From positions 5,442 through 69,441 of the forward strand of contig CALWMO010000001.1 of assembly GCA_944381965.1 (NCBI GenBank): a DNA stretch of 64,000 nt. The letters run 5' to 3'. Of this stretch, positions 29,508 to 39,610 are shown piece by piece (positions within the stretch are counted from its first letter, which is position 1; each line of letters starts with the position of its first letter). A program made the position numbers and the translations under genes. The stretch comes from an uncultured Butyricicoccus sp. Lineage in GTDB: Bacteria; Bacillota; Clostridia; Oscillospirales; Butyricicoccaceae. The notes below the pieces were generated by a model. That model was not told the DNA's origin and did no database searches. It saw only the letters and a program-made list of their open reading frames with translations.

Positions 29508-30455
29508 TTACTTTTTTCTTGGCTGGAAGCCGCGTCTTGGTGGACGAGCTGTACCATCTGGAGAAATTACAACTCGTCTTGCTGGCTCAGTACCAGTGGA
29601 ATGAGTAGTAACACCTCTAAAATTTTGCAGTGATGCATGAATAATACGGCGTTCATAAGGGTTCATAGGCTCAAGAGTCATTGCTCTATGGTATTTACAA
29701 ACCTTAACTGCCATTTTTCTTGCTAAACGCTCAAGACTTTCTGCACGTTTAGCTCGATAATTTTCAGTATCAATAGTCAGTCTTAAATGCTCCTCAAAGT
29801 TTTGATTTAAAACTAGGCTAGTTAAGTACTGAATTGCATCTAAAGTATCACCACGTCTGCCGATAACCTGACCCATATCTTTGCCAGATATATCAATTTT
29901 AACATGGTCTGGCTCGCTTATATCAAGTACAGTAGCCTTACCTTGGATACCGAGTTTCTCAAGTAAACCATCAATAAATTTAACCGCACGTTTAGAATCT
30001 TCAGAAACAAGCTCATCAGCCATTGGCACAGGAGTGATATAAGGCACTACTGGCTCACGTTCTGGACGCTCTTTACGAGGTTTTTCTATTGGTTCTGGGT
30101 TTTTAGGAGCAGCTTTTACCAGATGAGGAGTAGTTCTTCTTGGGTCATCTAAAGCGATTTCGCTTAAATCAGGAAGATTGCCAACTTTTTCCTCTTTAGG
30201 TTCAGTCTTTTCAGGAGTTTCTAAAACCTCGATTTGCTCTACTGGCTTTTCTGGTTCTTTTACTTCTGGCTCTTCATCTGGCACTTCATAAGTAACTCTT
30301 ACCTTAGCATCTATTGAACCAAACCCTAAAAAGCCTTTTTTACCATTTTCAAGAACCTCAACCGATACATCATCACGGTCTAAACCAAGGGTATCAAGTG
30401 CCTTTTTGATTGCATCATCACGAGTTGCACCGGTCATTTCAATGCTTTTAAGCAT
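29508..30455 (-). CDS. jag: Jag/EloR/KhpB RNA-binding protein
   Basis: Jag_N KKGFLGFG, KH IGRRGDTLDAIQ, R3H ERRIIH. Confidence 0.93.
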   Translation of the reverse strand: MLKSIEMTGATRDDAIKKALDTLGLDRDDVSVEVLENGKKGFLGFGSIDAKVRVTYEVPDEEPEVKEPEKPVEQIEVLETPEKTEPKEEKVGNLPDLSEIALDDPRRTTPHLVKAAPKNPEPIEKPRKERPEREPVVPYITPVPMADELVSEDSKRAVKFIDGLLEKLGIQGKATVLDISEPDHVKIDISGKDMGQVIGRRGDTLDAIQYLTSLVLNQNFEEHLRLTIDTENYRAKRAESLERLARKMAVKVCKYHRAMTLEPMNPYERRIIHASLQNFRGVTTHSTGTEPARRVVISPDGTARPPRRGFQPRKK

Positions 30456-30475
30456 TATTTACGCCTCCCCTTTTA

Positions 30476-31378
30476 TTATTTTTTTGCCATATCAGGATAT
30501 TTATGACGAATAATTTTAGTAAGTACAATTTCCTGAATACATGTGAAAATATTATTTGCAATCCAGTAAATACCAATAGCAGCTGGGAACTGGAATGCAA
30601 AATAAACGCTCATTAGAGGCATAATATACATAATAGTTTTCATACTGCCTTGCATTTGAGCATTTGCACTATTGTTGTTATTATTCTGCATTTTTTGAAG
30701 AATCCAATATGATAAGAATGCAGAAAGACCAGATAAAATAGGAATCAGCAGTAAAATGCTAAATGTTAGAGTAGGTTTTACTGATAAATCCAAGCCAAAT
30801 AAATCGAAATTCATAGGCTGTAAAAGGTTTTTAATATTATCTGAAAGAGAGGCAATTTCAGCATCAAGTTTTCCGTTATGGAAAAACTGGTTACAAGCCT
30901 GAGCTATCTCAGTTTGCACAGTATAAGAATTTTGCTGAGTGATTTCAATACCTACCTTTTGAGCTAACAGGTTGATATCACCAGTTGGTGTATCTGGAGC
31001 ACCACCTGAAAGACCCATCATAAAGCTCATTGGCTTTACTACAGCATAATAAAGACCCATCATAATCGGCAGTGGCAGAAAAGATGGCAGACAGCCAGAC
31101 ATAGGGCTTACGCCTTCTTTTTCATAAAGCTTGCTGATTTCTTCGTTCATTTTAACTTTATTATTTGCATATTTCTTTTGAATTTGCTGCATTTGACCTT
31201 GAAGTTTGCTCATACGCAGCATACCCTTTTTACCATGATAAGCAATAGGTAAGATAATAATTTTTACAAGTAATGCAAACAAAATAACCGCAAGACCATA
31301 AGAGCCTACTGCGTTATAAATAATATTTAGCAGTATACCGAGAGGTCTTACAATTAGAAATCCAAAAATATCGCCCAT
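30476..31378 (-). CDS. yidC: Membrane protein insertase YidC/SpoIIIJ
   Basis: YGLAVILF, PMSGCLP, AIGIYW; synteny. Confidence 0.92.
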   Translation of the reverse strand: MGDIFGFLIVRPLGILLNIIYNAVGSYGLAVILFALLVKIIILPIAYHGKKGMLRMSKLQGQMQQIQKKYANNKVKMNEEISKLYEKEGVSPMSGCLPSFLPLPIMMGLYYAVVKPMSFMMGLSGGAPDTPTGDINLLAQKVGIEITQQNSYTVQTEIAQACNQFFHNGKLDAEIASLSDNIKNLLQPMNFDLFGLDLSVKPTLTFSILLLIPILSGLSAFLSYWILQKMQNNNNNSANAQMQGSMKTIMYIMPLMSVYFAFQFPAAIGIYWIANNIFTCIQEIVLTKIIRHKYPDMAKK

Positions 31379-31452
31379 CGTTGAGAATTATCCTCCAAAA
31401 ATTGAGTTTCAATAAAGAATTATATGCGTTTTCTTTAACGCTGTTTTAATAT

Positions 31453-31665
31453 TTATGGCACAGGGTCATAAATATCATGCTTAGAAAATGGGTGGCATCT
31501 GCAAATTCTTCTTGCAGCAAGTATACTTCCCTTTACCGTACCATATTTTTCTATAGCTTCCTTTGCATATTGTGAGCAAGTTGGAATATATCGACATCTG
31601 GCAGGTAAAGATGGAGAAATTTGTTTTTGATAAAACCTTATTCCTGAAATAAGTAAGCGTTTCAT
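31453..31665 (-). CDS. yidD: Membrane protein insertion efficiency factor
   Basis: CRYIPTCSQY, RICRCHPF, YDPVP. Confidence 0.95.
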   Translation of the reverse strand: MKRLLISGIRFYQKQISPSLPARCRYIPTCSQYAKEAIEKYGTVKGSILAARRICRCHPFSKHDIYDPVP

Positions 31666-32021
31666 ACATTTTTGCCCCCATGCTCGTCTATAAGCAATCC
31701 AAGCTGTTTCATGGCACGCAAGATTTCACGTTCTACTTTTTGGCATTTAGCACCAATCAATTTACTTCGTGCAACAAAAATAAAATCATAGCTTTGACAG
31801 ATTTTGTCCTCATTTAGACGGTAAGCCTCTCTTAAAAGACGCTTTATGCGGTTTCTAACCACAGCACCACCTAATTTTGGTGTAACTGTAAGCCCGATAC
31901 GGTTGACTTTTCGGCGTGTTTTCATAGCATAAACCACCAAATAAGGAGTCGCTACTGAATTTCCACGTCTATAAAGTCTGCGAAATTCATAATTTTGTTT
32001 AATGCGATAGGTGTGTTTCAT
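31662..32021 (-). CDS. rnpA: Ribonuclease P protein
   Basis: RIGLTV..K.G.AVVRNRIKRLLRE (RNR motif). Confidence 0.95.
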   Translation of the reverse strand: MKHTYRIKQNYEFRRLYRRGNSVATPYLVVYAMKTRRKVNRIGLTVTPKLGGAVVRNRIKRLLREAYRLNEDKICQSYDFIFVARSKLIGAKCQKVEREILRAMKQLGLLIDEHGGKNV

Positions 32022-32028
32022 TTTAAAA

Positions 32029-32206
32029 AACGCTCCTTTAAATAAAAGCGTTCACAGGCAGCGTTATGCTCCGATGCCCTTTGGAGCATTCTACCTGACA
32101 AATATTCTTATAGCACGATATCATAAAAACGCTATAAGCTGTTTAGCAGCTTGTTTTACTGTGATTTTTCCGCTGCTAAACCGAAAATTAACTAAAAAAA
32201 TCACAG
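32029..32206 (-). ncRNA. Candidate structured leader of rnpA (H-type pseudoknot plus three hairpins)
   Basis: Interleaved perfect 10- and 11-bp helices; G-U pairs in the hairpins favour the minus strand; last hairpin pairs with the SD. Confidence 0.55.
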
Positions 32207-32213
32207 ATAATTT

Positions 32214-32242
32214 AAAAAAAAAGGCCGTACACAGTGACGGCC
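32214..32242 (-). terminator. Terminator after rpmH
   Basis: GGCCGT / ACGGCC stem plus 9-U tract on the minus strand. Confidence 0.8.
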
Positions 32243-32283
32243 AATCATCAATAGCGTGATGATATAACTTTAAGCGATTAGGC

Positions 32284-32418
32284 TTAGTGAGTCAGACGAG
32301 CACGACCCTTTGCACGGCGACGAGCTAATACCTTACGACCGTTAGAAGTAGCCATTCTCTTGCGGAAACCATGCTCCTTGCTACGCTGACGCTTCTTAGG
32401 CTGATAAGTTCTTACCAT
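32284..32418 (-). CDS. rpmH: 50S ribosomal protein L34
   Basis: [27 protein letters not shown]; 44 aa from ATG 32418, AGGAGG RBS. Confidence 0.98.
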   Translation of the reverse strand: MVRTYQPKKRQRSKEHGFRKRMATSNGRKVLARRRAKGRARLTH

Positions 32419-32545
32419 TTTCTCTGCACCTCCTACTAAAAAAACGAAATAATTGTTCGATGGGCACCGGCACAGGTCCAAACCACATTATATAGCAGCT
32501 TAGGCACATGCCGCTGCCTGTCCGATGCAATCTAAATCAGTATTT

Positions 32546-32575
32546 ATTATAGGCACAATTATATGTATCTGTCAA
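32546..32575 (-). promoter_or_regulatory. sigma-A promoter of rpmH
   Basis: TTGACA-N18-TATAAT on the minus strand. Confidence 0.75.
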
Positions 32576-32622
32576 GTTTTTTTACATTTTTTTGCGTATT
32601 TTCTTTTAACCATTTTCTTCCC

Positions 32623-32693
32623 TGTGGATACTGTGGAAAACTTTGTGTTTTCTGTGAATAACATTTGCATATTAGCTATATTTTTGCTATTAT
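32623..32693 (+). promoter_or_regulatory. dnaA promoter with upstream DnaA boxes
   Basis: TGTGGATAC 32623, TGTGGAAAA 32632, TGTGAATAA 32653; TTGCAT-N17-TATTAT with extended -10 TG. Confidence 0.7.
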
Positions 32694-32735
32694 CTATTAT
32701 GAATAGGAATCTAATAAAGGAGAGAAAGTAATTAT

Positions 32736-34031
32736 ATGAACGGGCCAAACGATATTTTAAAAATGGCACTGACTCATATGGAGCGTACAATCAGCCCTGT
32801 TACCCTATCAGCATGGTTTGATGATGCAGAAGTTGTGTCGTTAAATGGCGATAAACTTATAATTCGTGCTTCGGGTCAGTTTAAAAAAGAAATTATAGAA
32901 CAGCGTTTTTTAGAGCCTCTATCTGATGCAATGAACGAACTTCTTGGCGGACCCATACAAATTCATATTATTGTAGGTGATGAAACGCCAAATTCTAGCA
33001 CTCTTGTAGGGCTTAGTTTTGATGATGAGTATACTTTTGAACATTTTATAGTAGGCTCATCTAATAAATTTGCTCATGCAGCTGCTATTGCTGTTGCAAA
33101 TAATCCAGCCGAAAACTATAACCCACTGTTTATTTATGGTCAGTCTGGTCTGGGAAAAACTCACCTTTTACATGCTATTGGCAATGTAATTCATCAAAAT
33201 CACCCAAATTTTAGAATTATTTATGTTAAAGGTGAAGATTTTACAAATGAACTTGTAACCGCTATTCAATCTGGCGATGTGCAGGCTTTTCGTGGCAAAT
33301 ATCGCATGGCTGACTTGCTTTTAATTGACGATATTCAGTTTATTGCAGGCAAAGAACGCACTCAAGAGGAGTTTTTCCATACTTTTAATGCTCTTTATGA
33401 GTCTGGAAAACAACTTGTTTTAACATCAGATAGACCACCAAAAGAGATGAATACACTTGAAGATAGAATGAAAACCCGTTTTGAATGGGGACTTCTTGCA
33501 GATATTCAGCCTCCTGACCTTGAAACCAGACTTGCAATTATTAATGCAAAGAGCATGAAGCTTGGTTTTGAGCTATCAAGAGATATTATGTACCAAATTG
33601 CTGAAAATTTGCAGTCAAATGTACGTCAATTAGAAGGCACAGTTAAAAAAATTAAAGCTAAACATGAATTAAATGGCGAGCCTATCTGTGCAGAAATGGT
33701 TGCAGAGGTTATAGAAGAAGTAAAATCTATAAATCCAGGGTTAAATCCTACTCCAGATATGATTTTACAGACCGTTTCTAACTTCTACTCTATGCCTGTT
33801 GACCAGATTTTAGCAAATAAACGCTCAAAAGATACTGTACGACCTCGTCAAATGGCTATGTATCTTGTTAGAAAACTTACAAATTATTCACTTCCAGAAA
33901 TCGGTAAAGTTTTTGGCAGAGACCATACAACTGTTATGCATGCTTGTAATAAAATAGAAGATGAACGCAAACAACTTGCGGAAACCGATGATATTATAAG
34001 AACACTTATCGAAAATATACAAAATATATAA
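32736..34031 (+). CDS. dnaA: Chromosomal replication initiator
   Basis: YTFEHF, NPLFIYGQSGLGKTHL, IDDIQF, TQEEFFHTFN, RDHTTV. Confidence 0.98.
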   Translation: MNGPNDILKMALTHMERTISPVTLSAWFDDAEVVSLNGDKLIIRASGQFKKEIIEQRFLEPLSDAMNELLGGPIQIHIIVGDETPNSSTLVGLSFDDEYTFEHFIVGSSNKFAHAAAIAVANNPAENYNPLFIYGQSGLGKTHLLHAIGNVIHQNHPNFRIIYVKGEDFTNELVTAIQSGDVQAFRGKYRMADLLLIDDIQFIAGKERTQEEFFHTFNALYESGKQLVLTSDRPPKEMNTLEDRMKTRFEWGLLADIQPPDLETRLAIINAKSMKLGFELSRDIMYQIAENLQSNVRQLEGTVKKIKAKHELNGEPICAEMVAEVIEEVKSINPGLNPTPDMILQTVSNFYSMPVDQILANKRSKDTVRPRQMAMYLVRKLTNYSLPEIGKVFGRDHTTVMHACNKIEDERKQLAETDDIIRTLIENIQNI

Positions 34032-34094
34032 TTTTACGCATATATGTAAACATTATATTTTTGTCATCAGTTTTTATGTTATTTCTTTATTTAT

Positions 34095-34212
34095 GCTCCA
34101 CTCCCCCGCCAGCAGTTTTAAAGCTTAAAATTAAGCTTATATAAACATGCTGATATGCGGATTTTTTGTATGCCGAAGTGTAACAAAATGTTCCGTTTTA
34201 TAAGGGTGGAGC
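34095..34212 (+). ncRNA. Candidate multi-stem RNA element downstream of dnaA
   Basis: Closing stem GCTCCACTC / GGGTGGAGC enclosing two hairpins, followed by T-rich tract. Confidence 0.35.
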
Positions 34213-34231
34213 TTATTTTTTATGTGCTTAT

Positions 34232-34430
34232 TTATCCACATATCACCTGTGAATTTAACATGAATAACTTGTGGATAAATAAGGTCTGTGGATTATTATC
34301 CTAACTTATTCTAATTTATCCCCACTGGGCTGTGGATAAGAAAAATCCCGTATTTCCCGATATTTTTCGAGTTTTCCACAGTTTGCACACTACTACTACT
34401 ACTACTAAAATAAATATATTATTATTTATT
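34232..34430. other. oriC: DnaA boxes, DnaA-trios and AT-rich unwinding element
   Basis: Boxes at 34232, 34270, 34287, 34316, 34331, 34372; six CTA trios 34390-34407; AT-rich tail; dnaA-dnaN location. Confidence 0.92.
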
Positions 34431-34500
34431 GTTAGATTTCCGAGGAAATGTTAAATTTACATTAAATCTTACTGTGTATAAAAGAAAGGAACAGAAACAA

Positions 34501-35610
34501 ATGAAATTTTCTTGCGAAAAATCGACATTACTCGACGCTATCCATACCGCTTCTCGAGCTGTATCAACAAAATCCACAATAGCGGTACTTGAAGGTTTAA
34601 AAATCACCGCCGATTCAAAATTAACTCTTGCGGGATATGACCTTTCAATGGGAATCCGAACTTTTTTAGATGCAGATATCGTACAAACTGGCGAAATTGT
34701 GCTTAGTGCAAAACTTTTAGGCGATATTATACGAAAACTTCCTGATGATATTATATTTTTTGAAACCGATGAAAAGTTATTAACAACTATAAAATGTGGC
34801 AGAGCAGTTTTTAATTTAGTTGCCTCCCCTTCCGATGATTTTCCACAGATGCCAGAGGTAAACTGTGCAAAACAAATTAAAATGTCACAACCTATGCTAA
34901 AATCTATGATTTCTCAAACAATATTTGCAGTATCAGATAACGAAGCAAAACCTATCCACACTGGTTGTTTATTTGAAATCGAACAAAATAACTTGACTGT
35001 TGTTGCAGTAGATGGTTATAGATTATCTGTAAGACGTGAAGTTCTGGAAAATGCACCAGAAAATATGAAATTTGTGGTTCCTGGAAATGCTCTTAGAGAA
35101 ATCGAAAGAATTTTAAGTGATGACAGCGAAAAATTCGTTTCAATTTATCCAGATGAAAAACACATATTATTTGAAATTGACCAAACAATATTTATAACCC
35201 GTTTAATTGACGGTGAATTTTTAAATTATCGTGCTGCAATTCCTCAAAAAGCTAATTATGAGGTAAATGTAGATGTTCAAGAAATGATAAACTCTATCGA
35301 AAGAGTTTCACTTATTGTTTCTGAAAAACTTAAAAATCCTGTTCGAATGCATTTTGATGGCCCAGTTATTAAAATGAGTTGTATAACTGCTATTGGAAAA
35401 TCTTATGATGAGTGCCCTATCGACAGCCCTGTGGATAACCTCGAAATCGGATTTAATAATAAATATTTACTTGATGCTCTTAGAGCTTGTAATGATGAAA
35501 AAATTAAACTGTCACTTGGCGGTGCTTTAAACCCTATGGTTATACACCCTCTTGACGGTGAAAAATTTACCTATCTTGTCCTCCCTGTTCGTTTAAAATC
35601 TGGCGAATAA
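34501..35610 (+). CDS. dnaN: DNA polymerase III beta clamp
   Basis: MKFSC start, DFPQMP, AVDGYRL, RLIDGEF, IGFN, C-terminal LPVRL. Confidence 0.96.
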   Translation: MKFSCEKSTLLDAIHTASRAVSTKSTIAVLEGLKITADSKLTLAGYDLSMGIRTFLDADIVQTGEIVLSAKLLGDIIRKLPDDIIFFETDEKLLTTIKCGRAVFNLVASPSDDFPQMPEVNCAKQIKMSQPMLKSMISQTIFAVSDNEAKPIHTGCLFEIEQNNLTVVAVDGYRLSVRREVLENAPENMKFVVPGNALREIERILSDDSEKFVSIYPDEKHILFEIDQTIFITRLIDGEFLNYRAAIPQKANYEVNVDVQEMINSIERVSLIVSEKLKNPVRMHFDGPVIKMSCITAIGKSYDECPIDSPVDNLEIGFNNKYLLDALRACNDEKIKLSLGGALNPMVIHPLDGEKFTYLVLPVRLKSGE

Positions 35611-35628
35611 AATTTGGAGGTGCAAAAT

Positions 35629-35835
35629 ATGCAAAGTATAAAAATTACTGGTGAGTTTATTAAACTTGATGCTTTACTCAAATTTGCTAATTTAGTTAGC
35701 TCTGGCGGTGAAGCCAAAATCTTAATTGCCGATGGTCAGGTTTTTGTTAATGATGAGGTTTGTACTCAGCGTGGAAAAAAACTGCGTTCTGGTGATAGAA
35801 TTTCCCTAGCAAATGAAATTGTTGTAATCGAATGA
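35629..35835 (+). CDS. yaaA: S4-domain RNA-binding protein YaaA
   Basis: FIKLDALLK, SGGEAK, RGKKL; start ATG 35629. Confidence 0.9.
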   Translation: MQSIKITGEFIKLDALLKFANLVSSGGEAKILIADGQVFVNDEVCTQRGKKLRSGDRISLANEIVVIE

Positions 35836-35908
35836 TAAAAATGAAGTTTTGAAAGATTTAAATATCAAACTTGCAAAAAAATAAAAATTAGATTTTAGGT
35901 ATTTTTCA

Positions 35909-35932
35909 AAAACGGCACTTCGGTGTCGTTTT
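35909..35932 (+). terminator. Hairpin/terminator between yaaA and recF
   Basis: AAAACGGCAC-TTCG-GTGTCGTTTT (cUUCGg loop). Confidence 0.6.
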
Positions 35933-35999
35933 CCTATTTTATTTTACTACACAAAACGTGTGATAGATAAAAATAATGAAACTGGAGAAATGAATAAAT

Positions 36000-37121
36000 A
36001 TGAATATAAAATGCATAAAACTTGAAAATTTCCGAAACTATAAAACTGAAGAAGTGTCCTTCTGTGGTGGAGTAAATGTGATATATGGAGAAAATGCTCA
36101 GGGCAAAACAAACCTACTTGAAGCAGTAGCGGCAGTGTCTACAATCAGACTTTTTCGCACTGGTCAAAAGAAAGAAGGTTTACGCTTTGGAGAAAATAAG
36201 GGCAAAATAACAGGCGAGTTTACCGCAGAAGGAAGAGATTTTTCAGTAGAGCTGAAACTGTTTGATAGAAAACCAGCTGAAGTTTATCGAAATGGTGTTA
36301 GAATGAAGCGTCAATCAGATGCAAGAGGAATTTTAAAAACTGTGCTTTTTTGTCCTGATGACCTTTATTTAATTAGAGCTGGGGCAGGAGCAAGAAGAAA
36401 GTTTCTAGATACCGCACTTTGTCAGCTAAGACCAAACTATGACAAGGTATTATCTGAATATGAAAAAGTGCTTGCACACAAAAATAAAATCCTCAAGGAT
36501 AGTGACGAAAAGCCAGGAATGCTCGAGCTTTTAGATGATTTTTCACTTAGACTTGCTAGACTAGGTGCAATTATAATCCGTTATAGGGCGTATTATATTC
36601 GCAAATTATCCGAAAAAGCATGTCAGGTTCATAGCCTTGCAGCACCAAATGAGAGCTTAAATATAAAATATAAAACGGTTTCAAGCATTACCGACCCTTA
36701 TGCCTCAACACAGGAGATAGAAAAAGAGCTTATAGAGCATGTTATAAGCCATAAGCGTTTTGAAATAGCAGCAAAAAGCTGTTTATCTGGCCCTCATAAA
36801 GATGATTTAGAGATTATGTTAAATGATGTCTCCGCATCATCTTTTGGTTCTCAAGGGCAAATTAGAACATGTGCATTAGCTTTAAAGCTTGCAGAGCGTG
36901 AAATGTTTTTTGATGACTCAGGGGAGTATCCTGTGTTACTGCTTGATGATGTGTTATCTGAGCTAGATGCTAAAAGACAGGATTTTGTATTAAACCGCAT
37001 AGATAAAGGTCAGGTTTTAATAACTTGCTGTGATAGGGAAGTGGTAAAAAAGATAAATGTGGGCATGGCATTTTATGTACAAAACGGTCAGGTTTTGACG
37101 GATAACAAAAATATTAAATAA
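36000..37121 (+). CDS. recF: DNA replication/repair protein RecF
   Basis: NFRNY, GENAQGKTNLLEA, GPHKDD, GSQGQ, LLLDDVLSELD. Confidence 0.96.
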   Translation: MNIKCIKLENFRNYKTEEVSFCGGVNVIYGENAQGKTNLLEAVAAVSTIRLFRTGQKKEGLRFGENKGKITGEFTAEGRDFSVELKLFDRKPAEVYRNGVRMKRQSDARGILKTVLFCPDDLYLIRAGAGARRKFLDTALCQLRPNYDKVLSEYEKVLAHKNKILKDSDEKPGMLELLDDFSLRLARLGAIIIRYRAYYIRKLSEKACQVHSLAAPNESLNIKYKTVSSITDPYASTQEIEKELIEHVISHKRFEIAAKSCLSGPHKDDLEIMLNDVSASSFGSQGQIRTCALALKLAEREMFFDDSGEYPVLLLDDVLSELDAKRQDFVLNRIDKGQVLITCCDREVVKKINVGMAFYVQNGQVLTDNKNIK

Positions 37122-37287
37122 ACAAGGGCAGTTTTACACAGTTTTTAGGTCAGCTTAGCGGTCAGAATTGTATAGGAATATAGTAAAAAGTTTTCATTTT
37201 TTTAGCACAAAACGCAAAAAAAGTGGTATAATAGATAAGGTAACTTTCGGGTTTTGACTGTGTTTTGAAAGGTGGTTTGGCTTATTT

Positions 37288-37566
37288 ATGTATGTTCATA
37301 TAGGACAAGATTACATGGTGCCACTTGGCTCTATTGTGTGTATTTTTGACATGGATACAGCAACCACATCAGAACGTACCCGAATGCTTTTACGTCGGTT
37401 GGAAAACGAAGGCAGAATTGTTGACCTTTGCGATGATTTGCCTAAATCTGCTGTGCTTTGCATGGGTGAACTTGGAGAAATTCTTTATATTTCTCAAATA
37501 TCCTCTCGAACACTTGCAAAACGTGCTGAAGATGGCATAAAAGCCCTTTTAAAAACCGATTATTAA
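37288..37566 (+). CDS. remB: RemB/YaaB (DUF370) family protein
   Basis: MYVHIG, IFDMD, PKS, YISQISSRTL; recF-gyrB position. Confidence 0.85.
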   Translation: MYVHIGQDYMVPLGSIVCIFDMDTATTSERTRMLLRRLENEGRIVDLCDDLPKSAVLCMGELGEILYISQISSRTLAKRAEDGIKALLKTDY

Positions 37567-39576
<2,010 letters not shown>

Positions 39577-39610
39577 AGTGTTGTGTTACCTCACAAAGTG
39601 GAGGAAAATA

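Noticed and set aside
32011-32259. 82-aa plus-strand ORF in the rpmH-rnpA spacer
   Set aside because: No RBS; the region is better explained by minus-strand RNA structure
32419-32790. N-terminal extension of L34 and small ORFs 32525-32731 and 32572-32790
   Set aside because: They overlap promoters and DnaA boxes; L34 has a clear SD and start at 32418
34390-34407. (CTA)6 as a phase-variable microsatellite
   Set aside because: Its position after tandem DnaA boxes and before the AT-rich tract identifies it as DnaA-trios
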